The translations under genes were made by a program, and so were the position numbers. A DNA stretch of 62,498 nt, counting the filler, from Choristocarpus tenellus KU-1152 (lineage: Eukaryota; Protista; Phaeophyceae), in NCBI GenBank assembly GCA_964200185.2. It is 9 parts of 9 records of this genome, joined end to end, with 100 filler letters (N's around TTAATTAATTAA, not from the genome) between each part and the next. Parts side by side here need not be neighbours in the genome. Positions count along the whole stretch, not along the records: positions 33,542 to 53,757 come from CAXNAD020000412.1; 8 more parts are not named here. The stretch is one strand, 5' to 3'. This document shows, piece after piece, positions 36,564-48,749 of the stretch. A model generated the notes under the pieces. The model made no database searches. It was not told where the DNA came from and worked only from the letters and a program-made list of their open reading frames with translations. Position 1 is the stretch's first letter. Each line of letters begins with the position of its first letter.

Positions 36564-38806
36564 TCTACTGTTCGAGGCAATATTGGCTCAATTCCAATAC
36601 AGGGTATGTAGCTTGAAGATGGAGTGGAGAGAGAGGATGGGAGCCTTCTTGAACTACTTGCATTGCACAGAGATAAGCAGTCTGCTGTCACCCTCCAGTA
36701 TGGTGGAGTCTGTGGCAGAGTTGGCCAATCACAGGGTTGACCTGAAGGCGAATGCTCTCGTTTTGTACACCAAACCATAGTATTAGAGTCAGGATAGGTT
36801 TCCAGAGATTTTGAGTATATTGGATGCTATAGTATACATACATGGAGAATCGAGGGAAAATGGTATAACCTCGTAGTAGTTGTATTATTATTGTGGTGTT
36901 TCCTCCCATGCAACAACAGGGACCAGCAACAAGAAAAATTCAGTCTGTTGTTGCAAAAAGTCGACAGACCACAGTGCCGCATAGGTTCAACTTTCCGGAG
37001 GGTCAAGCATGCTAGGAGAGGAGGGGAACAAGAAAATTCCCTCCACTTCAGTGTGTTTCCCATTTTCCGGTTGAACATCAGATGACATTGTTGTGATCCG
37101 ACCAATCGGATCCACTGATTTTTACTTTCAAACGAAATCCGATCCTGTCGACCAGAATTTTCGGTTTGGATTGGTTTGGTTGACCAGATTGACCCGTTCA
37201 AACTTTGGGCCAATCAGAAATACCTCCCTATTGTTTCTACCTATTATCTGTATCCATGATGTGTGTTTAAAATATCGAATTTTCATGTTTGTTTGGTGTG
37301 TGTTGTTGTGAGTATTTGCGCGTGATGTTGTGCATAATAATGCAGTGGGAGAAGAATCTTCCTTAAGGATCAGGAGGGGGAAAGAATAACTGTTCCGTAT
37401 GGATGAAGCAGTAAGGCTAAGGACTACCCTGCTGGAATATCGGAACACTGGAGAGCGTTGAACATTGCCGTGCCTCCTTTCCTTGACAAACGAGTGTGTG
37501 TGAGAAGAGCTGGCAAGAGCTGACGGGATTGGTTGACTAAATTCATACTCGTCACTCTGATCTCTACCTTGAAATTAGGTGAGACAGATGTACAACTAAA
37601 TTCCCGTAGTTAGGGAGAAGTCAACCCCAGTTTCTTTGCATACCTGGAAAAATTGTATCACATTATGACTTCAAGGGTTACAGATGACACCAGCCTCTTT
37701 CAGTGGAAATGAGTTGTCCATACAGGGGATGGTACGAGAAGCTAATTTCGTTGTGCTAGCAGTGTTTGCAACCGGGATGGTCGTGTTCGTGGGTGGGTGT
37801 AGGATGTGTTGGTGTTCCAATATTTATTTTAATGTATATCGCATTATTGGTCAGAAAAAAAGTATCCCAGATACAAGCATTGCATATGAATATTTTGGCA
37901 TTGGGGGCTACAACGACAAGGTCAAGGGTTAGAACGATAAGGTCAAAAGGGTTTGCATCCGCACCACCACCAGATGCGAAGTATCGAGGCATCTACTATT
38001 AGATCAAGTAGAAAATAATGAAGAAAACACAATAAAGTTAACTTACTAAACGGCGAACAGATTATTTTTGACGGACATGGAGGTCTGCTCGTGATCTGAC
38101 CCTACGTGGATGGTTCAAATCGTTGTGTGCGTGTGTGTACCTGCCCAGAGCAAGAACTATTGCTTGATACACATCAACACATTGATTGGATGGAGTTGCT
38201 GCGGCAATGCATTAACTACGCAAAGTTAATCAATATCAAGAGTGCCACAACATCAATTGAATTAATAGAGATTGATTTTGACAGGGGATGCGGAAACCCC
38301 TAGAAACTTTCCCAATCTTCTTACTATCAACAGTAAAACCACATTTCTTGTAAGATATCTACGATTTGGATGTAGTCATCGCTAAGCACAAATGATTTTA
38401 TGCTCTCTATTCATTGCTTAGTTTAACAGTAATAAAGAGATCCTCCAACGTTTGGAAGAACTTGTCTTCAGAGTGCTTTTACCTTCAAGCCCCCCTACCA
38501 ATCTATACTTTTATTATATATGGGGTATTCCAGTGTGTTTCGTAGAAACATTTTGGATTGGCTATGTTTGTGGAATGACCATATAAAGACACAATTCTGC
38601 CCATCCATGAAAACATCTCGGTTGTATAATGGAATATCAGAACTTCGAAATACGTACATTGATTCTACAGAAATTATATTGAACACAGGTTTATGGTAAA
38701 AAGAAATGACTTTGAAACACTCGTGACTTCCGCGCACAAGGTACAACGGAAAAGAGCTGGCTAGTCAGTAAAAAAATCCCTACTCCAGATGGACATTCTA
38801 TCTTGT

Positions 38807-39080
38807 GAGTCAAAGTATCCGGGCGGGGGTGGTGGCTGTCCATTCGGGATCCATTCTTCCATCTCACGACTTTGTTTTGATCTTGACATCATAACACAAT
38901 CCACATAAATCCAAGCGCTAAGGACATATCGAAGTGAAAGATATTCCACACTTCATCAAAACAGGACCAAACCTCCACGACTTAAGACACTCAAATAGAT
39001 AATTCTCCCAATTCCTGGTCAGGGCCCAAATGAACACCCTGGGCTAGACCCCCCCCACCCCACCCCAGATACGTTGACCC
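38807..39080. mobile_element. MITE family D, complete (274 bp), TGT target duplication
   Basis: GAGTCAAAGTATCCGGGCGGGGG ... CCCCAGATACGTTGACCC with TGT on both flanks. The interior is unlike families A and B. Confidence 0.85.
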
Positions 39081-41117
39081 TGTGAGTGACAAGAAACAAG
39101 TGCTTGTCCTGTACTTGTTATCATGTTGGGAATATACATACATAACACATGATAATGCATACCTTGAACCATTTCTCCACGAATATGTGCTAAAATGACA
39201 AGTGCACGAGAGGAGGAACGCAGGTACAGTATCCTGAGAATTCCTGTGCACACTTGAAAACAGATGGGGGGAGCATTATTATTGTCGATATTTGTAGGCA
39301 TCTTTTCTACTGCATCCTTGCACCTTTCCTGGTATGTGTCGTGCAATACACACATAACATGAACCAAATCGGTATGAGCCAAAACTGGAATGTTTTAAAA
39401 GTGTTAAGCTGGGCATCACATACCAATCCTCTCTCACATCTGACCCTCCTCAAGCACAGAGAACAATACCTGACCCTACAAATAATCAGTTCTAAAAGAC
39501 AACCCCTCCACTTCTTCCCCCTTCACAAAAAAAATATGGATGGAACAGCAAAGCCACAGCAACAGACAAATCCAAATCGGATCTGAGATACTCATTGCAG
39601 AGCCTGCTGTATGTCCTCATTTTAACAAGTGCATCATCCCTTCTGTATGTAACGCACTTCAACAATGGATACTCAAAACGGAAGTATTCTCAACCTCCCC
39701 AGTACCTTCTCTTTCCGTCATATGCAGAGAGCGTTTACAACAAATCGAATACAACACAAGTTGCCCACTTCCACCCTGGCTCAAAATCAGGTGGATACTG
39801 GTGCATGTAGAGATTGGAGGGATCTCAGCCCATCCTGTAACATACACCACACTAAACATTCCTGCTTGTCACCTAAGAGTAATCCCTCTCCCACACACTC
39901 CCCCATTGTCCCCCCCGCAGTAGTGCAGCAGAAACATACTCCTGTTGTTTAAGCACAACAAACTACGTAGTATATGGAGATACACGTATGCACCATCTGC
40001 TAACAACGCCAAACAACTACCCCACACCCATCTTTATCTGAACATGTTTTCCACCAAACATAAACACTTCAATTTCGCCCTTACACGTCTTTTTTGCTCA
40101 TAGCAAACACTCATTTTATTAAACTAATGAATAATACTGGAGAAGCTAGCTGCACACAAAGCATCTAATTCTGTCAACATAAACACACAGAAATATGGAC
40201 AAATTCGCCCACACTCATCTCACACAGACAAATGCTAATCCTAATGGACTGCACTGCACTGCACTGCATCCACATAAAGCAACATTGAACAAGCAGGTGT
40301 CGCACACAATCACCACATAAACAAAAAACTACACCTGCCCCAGTCACATACACAATTTTGTACGAGAACAAACTTCACCAACACCAAATTTCCCACTAAT
40401 ATGCCCTACTTCTGGCAAATTATCTTACGCCTCCAGTAGACCTATAAACCATTTTGAACCATTTCTCTGCTCGCGTTTCAAATATCCATCTTATTTTATC
40501 CTGATGAGAGTTTTGCTTTGTGCCACTCACCCACCCCCAAGTATGCACTTACTACAAAAAATTCTAAATGAATGAAATGAAAACAAAGGCCTCATCACAA
40601 CAAACACCACACTACCTAACACCAATGGGATGTACATATTCCCCAAACCTCCTTATGGAACAATAGATAGCCTACTTTTTTTTTACTAAGGCACAAAAGT
40701 AGTCTACCACACTATCGACACGCCAAAATTTTTCGTAACTCAATGACCTCTACTCCAACTTACCCCTTTAACATATCAGCCACCCCACAATGCCCTACCA
40801 CTACCCCCCCTGTACCCCCTACCACCCTTAAGTATCAGGTGCAGATGGCATGGATAGACATCCACTCCACAGCGGAATTCAAGATGCAGAAATTTCCTCC
40901 CTACCCTTTCCCAATCAATGCATATGCAATCAGAGGTTTGCATTGGTGCACGGAGAGTGCACTAAGTGATCCACTGTGACAATTTCAAAAATGGCTCTCC
41001 CGCATACTAAAGAGCACTCATTCACACACTTGGTTCTCTTTTTGTCTGCCATTGCCTACATACCCTCCACTACAACTAAAAAAAAATCTCCTGCACCATA
41101 CACACTTCAACCAGTCC

Positions 41118-44100
41118 CTAGTTGAGGGTAACATCTGACATGGACGAGTTGGAATGGATAGTGCACTGGGAAGGATCAGGACCCACCGCTGGGCTGGGGA
41201 CTGAGGCCGAGATAGGGGCAAAAACTGAAGTTGTGACCTTGGGGGCAACATCAGGAGCCTTGGGCAGAGTTGAGGACAGCTTACGTCTCTCTCGAGAAGA
41301 CCTCACCCACCTCATCATCCTAGCAAGGTGCAGTGGTGGCACATAGGTAGAGTAGGGATGGGGTAAGGGGAAGGGAGGACAAGGCAAGAGTAAAGGTCAG
41401 TTCGAGATGATACTAGGAGATTACGTATGGAGTGATGAAAGACTCTGGAAGTGTAATACAAGGAGTATCAGTTGCGCCAAGGTTGAGAGGGTACGAGGCA
41501 CAACTCTCTCCCCTAAACATTTTTGCCAATGAAATGACCTACATGTTATGCATTGATCCATGGTATCAACAGGATTAATATTGAACTGCTATTATAATAC
41601 AATGACTAACTTCTCAATCTCAGATATTATAATGCAGTATTAATCTTGGTTTTCAGATCGATTGAGGTAGATTCAGATTAAAACCAGGTCAACTCTTAGG
41701 GGTGCATTGAGATAGTGGAAATGCTTGCCTCTATGGATGCAGACAAAAAGAAACAGGAACAAGAGTTAATTAAGAAATAGCAAATGACATCCACCAAGAG
41801 CGAGAGGGAGGGCAGAGTGATGGCAACTTTGGCATTAGGAGCAACGAGTACAACCAGAACTAGGAAAGAATACATCAGTACGGAAACACACACACGAAAA
41901 AGTAATCACGAACATGAACACAAACTCAAAACTACTAAACAAGACACACAGAAGTAAAATAAAAACAATGACTAATGAAACAGGCGATGAAGTATCCTCT
42001 CAAGACCCTTCTGCTCTGATTGTTCACCATCTCAGTTCCTCCAGTCCTAAATCCTCATCATTTGCTGCCAGGAGACACATAATCTTGTCATCAATCATAC
42101 GTCCATGCACCTCCTTCTGGAAACTTGTCCTCTTGCTCACATCATTCAATCCTAACTTGCCGCCCACTGCACCCTGAGCCACACCCTTGCCACCAACCAC
42201 ACTAATATTATCCACCTCCACTCTCATCTCTTTCCCTTCTTCATCCCTGCCAGTGCCCCTCCCCACCCCTTCAACTCCACCCCCAGGCTGGCCGCTTGCT
42301 GAAGACTGGTGACCACAGTGCTCTACTGCTCCCTCAAAAACTGAATTGCGAACCTCCTGTCTGTGCTCCTGCTGTTCCTCTTCCCCTCTGAAGGAGCCAT
42401 CACCAAAGGAGGAGCTCAGAGGATCAACCCTTGGAAGGGAGGAGCCCTTAGAGAAGGAAGGCGAGGCATCCATGCTGAGTAGAGAGGGGTGCAGTGCCAC
42501 CGTTGCTGAAGAGTTAGAAGAAGATACAAATGCTCCACCAGAGGTGGAACAGGTTTGGTTCTTCCAGGGCTTCATGAGTGCGGCTGTGGCAACCTGGAGA
42601 ATGGAATCCCTGTTACAGGACACCCAGCTCAGGTGGTCAACCTGCCATATCGTGTGGGTGTTTGCACACCATGAGTGTACGGCATGCAAATGTTAAAATA
42701 TGCCTACGTACAACTGAATGTAGGTGTACCTAATACTATAAAGAGAGAGAGGTGTGACAGCGAGCTTTGAGGTACAGGTGGACTTGTGTATTGGCCCGAC
42801 AGAATGGAATTGAAAAGATGGCAATGAAGCAGTGGGCACTCCAACAGGAGGCAGCAGTGAAGGAATCAATTGCAAGAATGATCCTTACGGCAATACCACC
42901 TTGAACATCCCCTTGCACACCTTACAAAGCTGCCAAGTCTCAGGTTTAACATGGTTTAGTACACTACCCAGTGTCCAATCCCACATGCATATGTCAAGGT
43001 GATATCTGTATCTGCTTTGACCTTCACCAACAAACAGACTTCAGACCTTAGAAGACGTTAAGTGACAAAAGGCATCACACGCAAGTGGTATTTATGTGTA
43101 AGAATAAAAAAAAATGCTGCCTTGTGAACAAAAAATCACGACCTTGTCATCTCTTGGCGCAGAGGTACAGTTACATCGAAGAATGCACCCTTCCACCTCA
43201 AACACTTCGTCAACACGTACTCAGTATTTACTTTCCACATTTATGAAATCAAAACAAATCTTACATATATACATAATGTACCTAAACAGTGTAGGGGGTA
43301 CAGGGGGTGATCAGCACTCTCTAGTATAAACCAAACTATCTCTTAAAAAATCGATTTGTGCTCCTCAAAATAGGATAAGGGGACAGACTACCTCACCATT
43401 TTTAATGGGCCAAGGAGTCCCACCATATGTTCCATTCTTTGGTGCGACATTACCATACACTCCTTGGTAGAAACCCTCAGCTCAGAAAGGACCTCAAGTA
43501 GACTACCAAGTCGAGAGCAGTCCAACGCTGTCTGCTCTTCAGCTCGAGCCTTTCGCTGATGATTCCGCAACTAAACCATACAGGGAATGTTGGGATAGGG
43601 AACGGGGAGGAAATGATAGAAGGGAAATTCAAAAAAAGGAGACGGAATCATTCTGCCGAACTGCCCTTTCATTGCAACTGGCTGGCAATGCCCTAACACA
43701 TACAGTAAACAGATACCATCTTTCCCCCCTCTTCACCACCTCCAGCCTTCTTCCCATCTCTAAAGTATCTGTAACTTGTAACCAGTAACCAGTAACCCTC
43801 CCCCCTTCCTCACCTCCGATTCCTGATGTGGAGAGAGTGCCAATTCCTGACACAACTGGCTCCACAACAGCCCTGACGGTCCACCCTCCCCCCCGTGTTG
43901 AGCTCCTTGCCCATGTGCTCCAAGAGCAGGGTCTTCCTTGCTAGCCAACTGGCTGGAGATAGTCAGACCACACCCAAGCCCCTGCCCCTGCCCCAGAGCT
44001 TGCCCCTGTGTAGTTATCAACACTGGACCTGAACCCTGAACTGAACCTGGACTTGACTCCAGGCCTTGCACCAGCACTGGTTTTGGGGCGTGCTGTACAG

Positions 44101-47100
44101 CTTGCTGACCAGAACCAGGGAGCAATGGAAGAGAATTTCCTGATCCAGGGACTGAAGGAGGCAGAGAGGGGAACGAGCTGGAGGTGCCAGGATACTGACC
44201 TGACTTAAGACCTGGCTTGCAAAAGAACTCTTCGCCCTGAGGGTAGGGATTGGGGCAGGGTAACAGGAACACACGAAAAAGGAATAGGGTTGTGGAGCAA
44301 GGGTGGTTAACCTGGGGAATGGGGGGGAGAGGGGATGGGAGCAGACATGGTGCGATAATGTTACCTTGACTTCATGGTAAACAGAGTTGTTAGAGGAATG
44401 CAAGATGAAGTTGGGGGAGCATACAAGGACAAAACCGGTGCATAATTTCAGAAAATAGGTGCCAAGATAGGAGAGATTCCTCTCCTCTGCCTAATCTCAC
44501 ATCTCCTTTGCTCTCTCAGATATGGATATGTCACTATTAATCACAGGAATACTGTACAATGGCATTGAAACTGCAAATGTGATAAGTCTACTTGATAGAT
44601 ACTCCACCACAGCAATACACCGCAGCATTTCATAGGGACTACAACGAACACATGCTAACCTTAAGGTACACTATATGGTGTCACCCACCTTAAAACAAAA
44701 TAGAAAAACTACACATTGGCACCAAACATGTGCATGCATCCACACAACATACTTGTACAAAAAGAAAACAGCACCTCACCTGACTCATCAGCCACAGCAA
44801 GAAACGAGCATAGCTTGGCAGCACCATCCTCTCCAACTCATCGAACTGATTGCCAATCACCACCTGGCGCTCCTTGCTGTTGGGCCCAACATACCTCAGC
44901 ATGCAACTCAGATTCTCCTCAAGCTCTGTTTCCAACTCTTTTTCCTCCTTCACCCGATCCCTCCAGCTATTCTGACCTTGTCCAGAGTTCTTATCCCTGC
45001 CACGGTGACCCTTGCTCTGAGTACAAACGCTGCCTGGCAGCAAGGGGGCTGTACCCTCCCCCTCCACACTCTGGCATGCTGTGCGACACATTTCTTTATT
45101 TGGTTGGGCTCCTACCACAGCTTTGCCAACAGCAACATCTGAAGAAGTGACATCAGTATTGCCTATGGGCTTGGTGGCCTGGTGGGAAAGCTCCGGGCCA
45201 GAAATAGGAGTCTCAGCTTGGCCCTGACCTCCTTGGCCAAGAGCCTGCCCTTGAACATGACCACGATCACGACCGTCCTCAAATGTTTGGAGCAAGGGAG
45301 TAAATGAACTTCCACTAGGTGATACCCCCTGCACAATCGCAGCACCATCACTGACCATTGACTCACTTCCAGAGGTACATGCAATGTCCATTGGGTCATC
45401 ACCGGCCCCTCTCAACACAGCTTTTTGCTGAGGAGCAGCAGGAACATTGTTAATAGCAGCTTGGACCTTTGTTTGGTCTTGGTGCTGGTTCTGACCCTGA
45501 TCCAGAGTATTCAAATCAGATTCAGGGTTTCCTCCTCCCCCTGCACGGAGCACTGTGGTGGACATTGTGCTGCTCTGTAGCCTGCCTTTGCATCCAGTGT
45601 CCATATGCTGAGGTGCCTGCTGGGTGAGCACAGCCTGCGTACCAGACTCAGACTGACCCTGACCAAGTTTTAAACTGAGATTCCAACTTGACTTGGTCAT
45701 TCCATTACTATCTCTCTGTCGAGGTAGTGCAGTCTGTGCCACGTCACCATTGGTAGGTTGGATTTCACCTCCAAAGGCATGTATAATTCTAGGGGAGGGT
45801 CCAGAAGAGGTGTCCATGGGATGGACAGGCTTCTCTACTTTGGACAAAGCAGAAACACAAGCAGCATCTAACATGTTTTTCATGTGTGCCAGTTGCTGTG
45901 AGGGCAGTGAATTGGGGGGGAACATTCGACAGATTCATACGCACAGAAAGGCTTGCAAATGAATAGGCAATGGGAAAATGGACAGATACACCTCAGTGCT
46001 CTTACGCACATTGGTTAAGGCTGATGATAATAGGTCAAGAGGGCTCTACCATATTGGGTTGGTCCATTAATTAGTGGGTAGACGTGTGGTACTGTACATG
46101 GCTCTATCTCTTGGGTTGTGAGATGTGACTGATAATGTTGTGGTGTGGTGGGGACGAACTGGTCGCTATAAATACCTAGACACAAAATGAACCAGCTGTC
46201 AGAAGTCGTGAGGACCCTTTGAATCTTTGACTGCAAAAATGGCATGATACCTCATCGCAACATGTCCACCCCGCGCGAAAACTACAGCTTATATCCTGGC
46301 AATGCATGTAACTGCAAATTTTATGCAACCATGGCACACACGCAGTAGTCCAAGCACCCACTGTCATTGAATCACAGTGTTGGTGGGACAAATTCTACAT
46401 GTCATAAGAAACCCCCTGATACTTTTGATGCACTTTCTTTACTCCTTGATAACCTTGTGTTTAAACTGTACCTCTCCACAGATGACAATCCAAGGTGTGT
46501 TGACAGTCTCCGTCATGCACGTTCCTCCCCTCCAACAACTCAAAAACATCTCTAGGACAGACCTGAATTGAGAGCCAATGCCATGCTCACATGCAATTTC
46601 ATGCATAAGTGTGGCAAGGTAAAGGGCCCAATGCTTCGCCATGCACACAGCATGGCTGCAGCATGCCACTAGCCACCTACCTCGGAAGCATAACCTTTTC
46701 CTGTACTTGTCACATGACCAAGGTCCACGACTTCTCCACACACAACACGGTTGCAGTTTTCCAGCAACTGACAACAGACAGCTCAGATCGATCCTCTTGA
46801 TGTTCAATCTGACGGTCAAGATATTGAGATACTGGTGTAGGGCAGCAGTCTCACAGTGGACATAGTTCCTCGAAGGTATAGTGGTATCACAATATCTCCA
46901 CAAAACAAGCGGTCAGGGCACTGCATGACATAATCCATGCAATGTGACCAGCTAGTTCCTGGTTGCACTTCAAGTTGTCGTTTTCATCTAACTGTCTCCC
47001 ACTGAGCCCAATTTCTGGACCCTTTCCCAGGCAAAGGTTGTCCTCCCATTGCAAAGATAATTAGGAAAGGAGCCCAGTCAGGGTTCAAAGCCTTGATTGT

Positions 47101-48708
47101 GCCCATCTCTGTCCCATGGATAATGCTGGGCAAGTGCCCTGACCTCAGATTTGATAAGGATGTCAAGCTGTAGAACCAAGGTACAACCCTTTACCGGAAA
47201 ATTACCCTAGAAACTGAAACCCACAATCAAATACACATCTTGCAAGCCAGTGATAGTATTACTGATAGCTGACCACACCCTGATTGCTATCAACACTATG
47301 TATTCATCTCCTGTCCCTCGTCCTAACTTTACAACACATGGGCGAGGGGTTCTGACCACTGTTAGAATCACACACACACACACATAATTATGTGTGTGTG
47401 TGTGTTATTCTTGACATAGGTATTGAATAAATGATCACGGCACTAAATTCAAAATATCCAGGACTTTTCCCAGACTGGCAAATAAAAACGGTCCTATGAG
47501 CGTAACAGATCAATTCCACAAGTTTCTAACATGCCTCGACCATGTCCACCAGGTATTGTGGTCCATTTTCTGCTAGCTGGATTGGGTCTAACCTTGTCAA
47601 AACATGTCCGGACCACGTGCCTGCTAGTTGATCAACATTTCTCCAATAATGTTCCAGACCCATGTCCAGTATACACTGCATTAGTCTAGTCCACAGGCCA
47701 GGCAGGCCCACCCTCATACCAGTCTAACTCAAACAGATTTGTTTGGCCACTCCATGCAATAAGCAAATGAGGCAAGAAAACATACCCAGCCACCACCAAG
47801 GCCGAATTGACATCATTGGGGATTCCACTGATTCAAAATCATTCACTCTGCTCCATAAAAGTAGTTCTCTTTTCTGCTGTTCTTATTATCTATTTTCTGT
47901 GTCCATTGCTGAACTTTCTTCCTTTGCACCTTGCAGTACCAGGCTCCATAGTAAAAAATTTACATTCCCCTTTCCGAAATAGTCCACTTTCCACTACTGT
48001 TCTTATCATCACTGACTGGACGTTGTTTTGACTATTAAAATGGTAGTATTAGTAGTACCATCCGATGTTTAGAGTGAATGGGTCTGTGTGATTTTCTTTG
48101 ATGTACCCAGCCTGTGTGCCATTTTCATTTTACCCAGCCAGTCATTGGTGACATATTCTAACACAGCTGTCGCTACTTCAAAATAGTCAGTCCGCTGGCC
48201 GACCCTGTACAACCAAGTATAATCATAGTCGACTCCATGACCATGGCCAGGCCACAGGCCGACCTGTGACCACATGGTCAACAGGGAATATGCTAATTGC
48301 CCGGCCCAATGAAAAACCGTTGAAATAGCTCATATAGGAAGGACTTGAGTGCAACAATATTTATTCATACAGCAGTTTGCTTGAACATTCCTCTTACAAC
48401 TATCTATGGCGATGGGTGGGTTGTTCAATACATGTACAACAAAATTAGTAAGGCTCTACATATTGTATTCTCATGTGGCTACTACTACTACTACCACTAC
48501 TACTACTACTACTACTAGTAGCAGTTGTATGTCAAGACAAGCTACTACTGTGTCATCAACAATAGAGAACTTCTGCAGCAATACACAAATGTAAAGTATC
48601 CAACAAAAGTATTCCAGCTGCACCTTATTGAGGCAAAAAACGCACACAGAAATGAAAAAAAAATATCAATCCCACATGCTTCCATCTTCTAGTGTGTGTG
48701 AGTCTACT

Positions 48709-48749
<41 letters not shown>

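Noticed and set aside
36563-36760. TAG reassignment or programmed readthrough
   Set aside because: WDR19 and the bZIP gene end in TAG normally, and no conserved exon contains an in-frame TAG.
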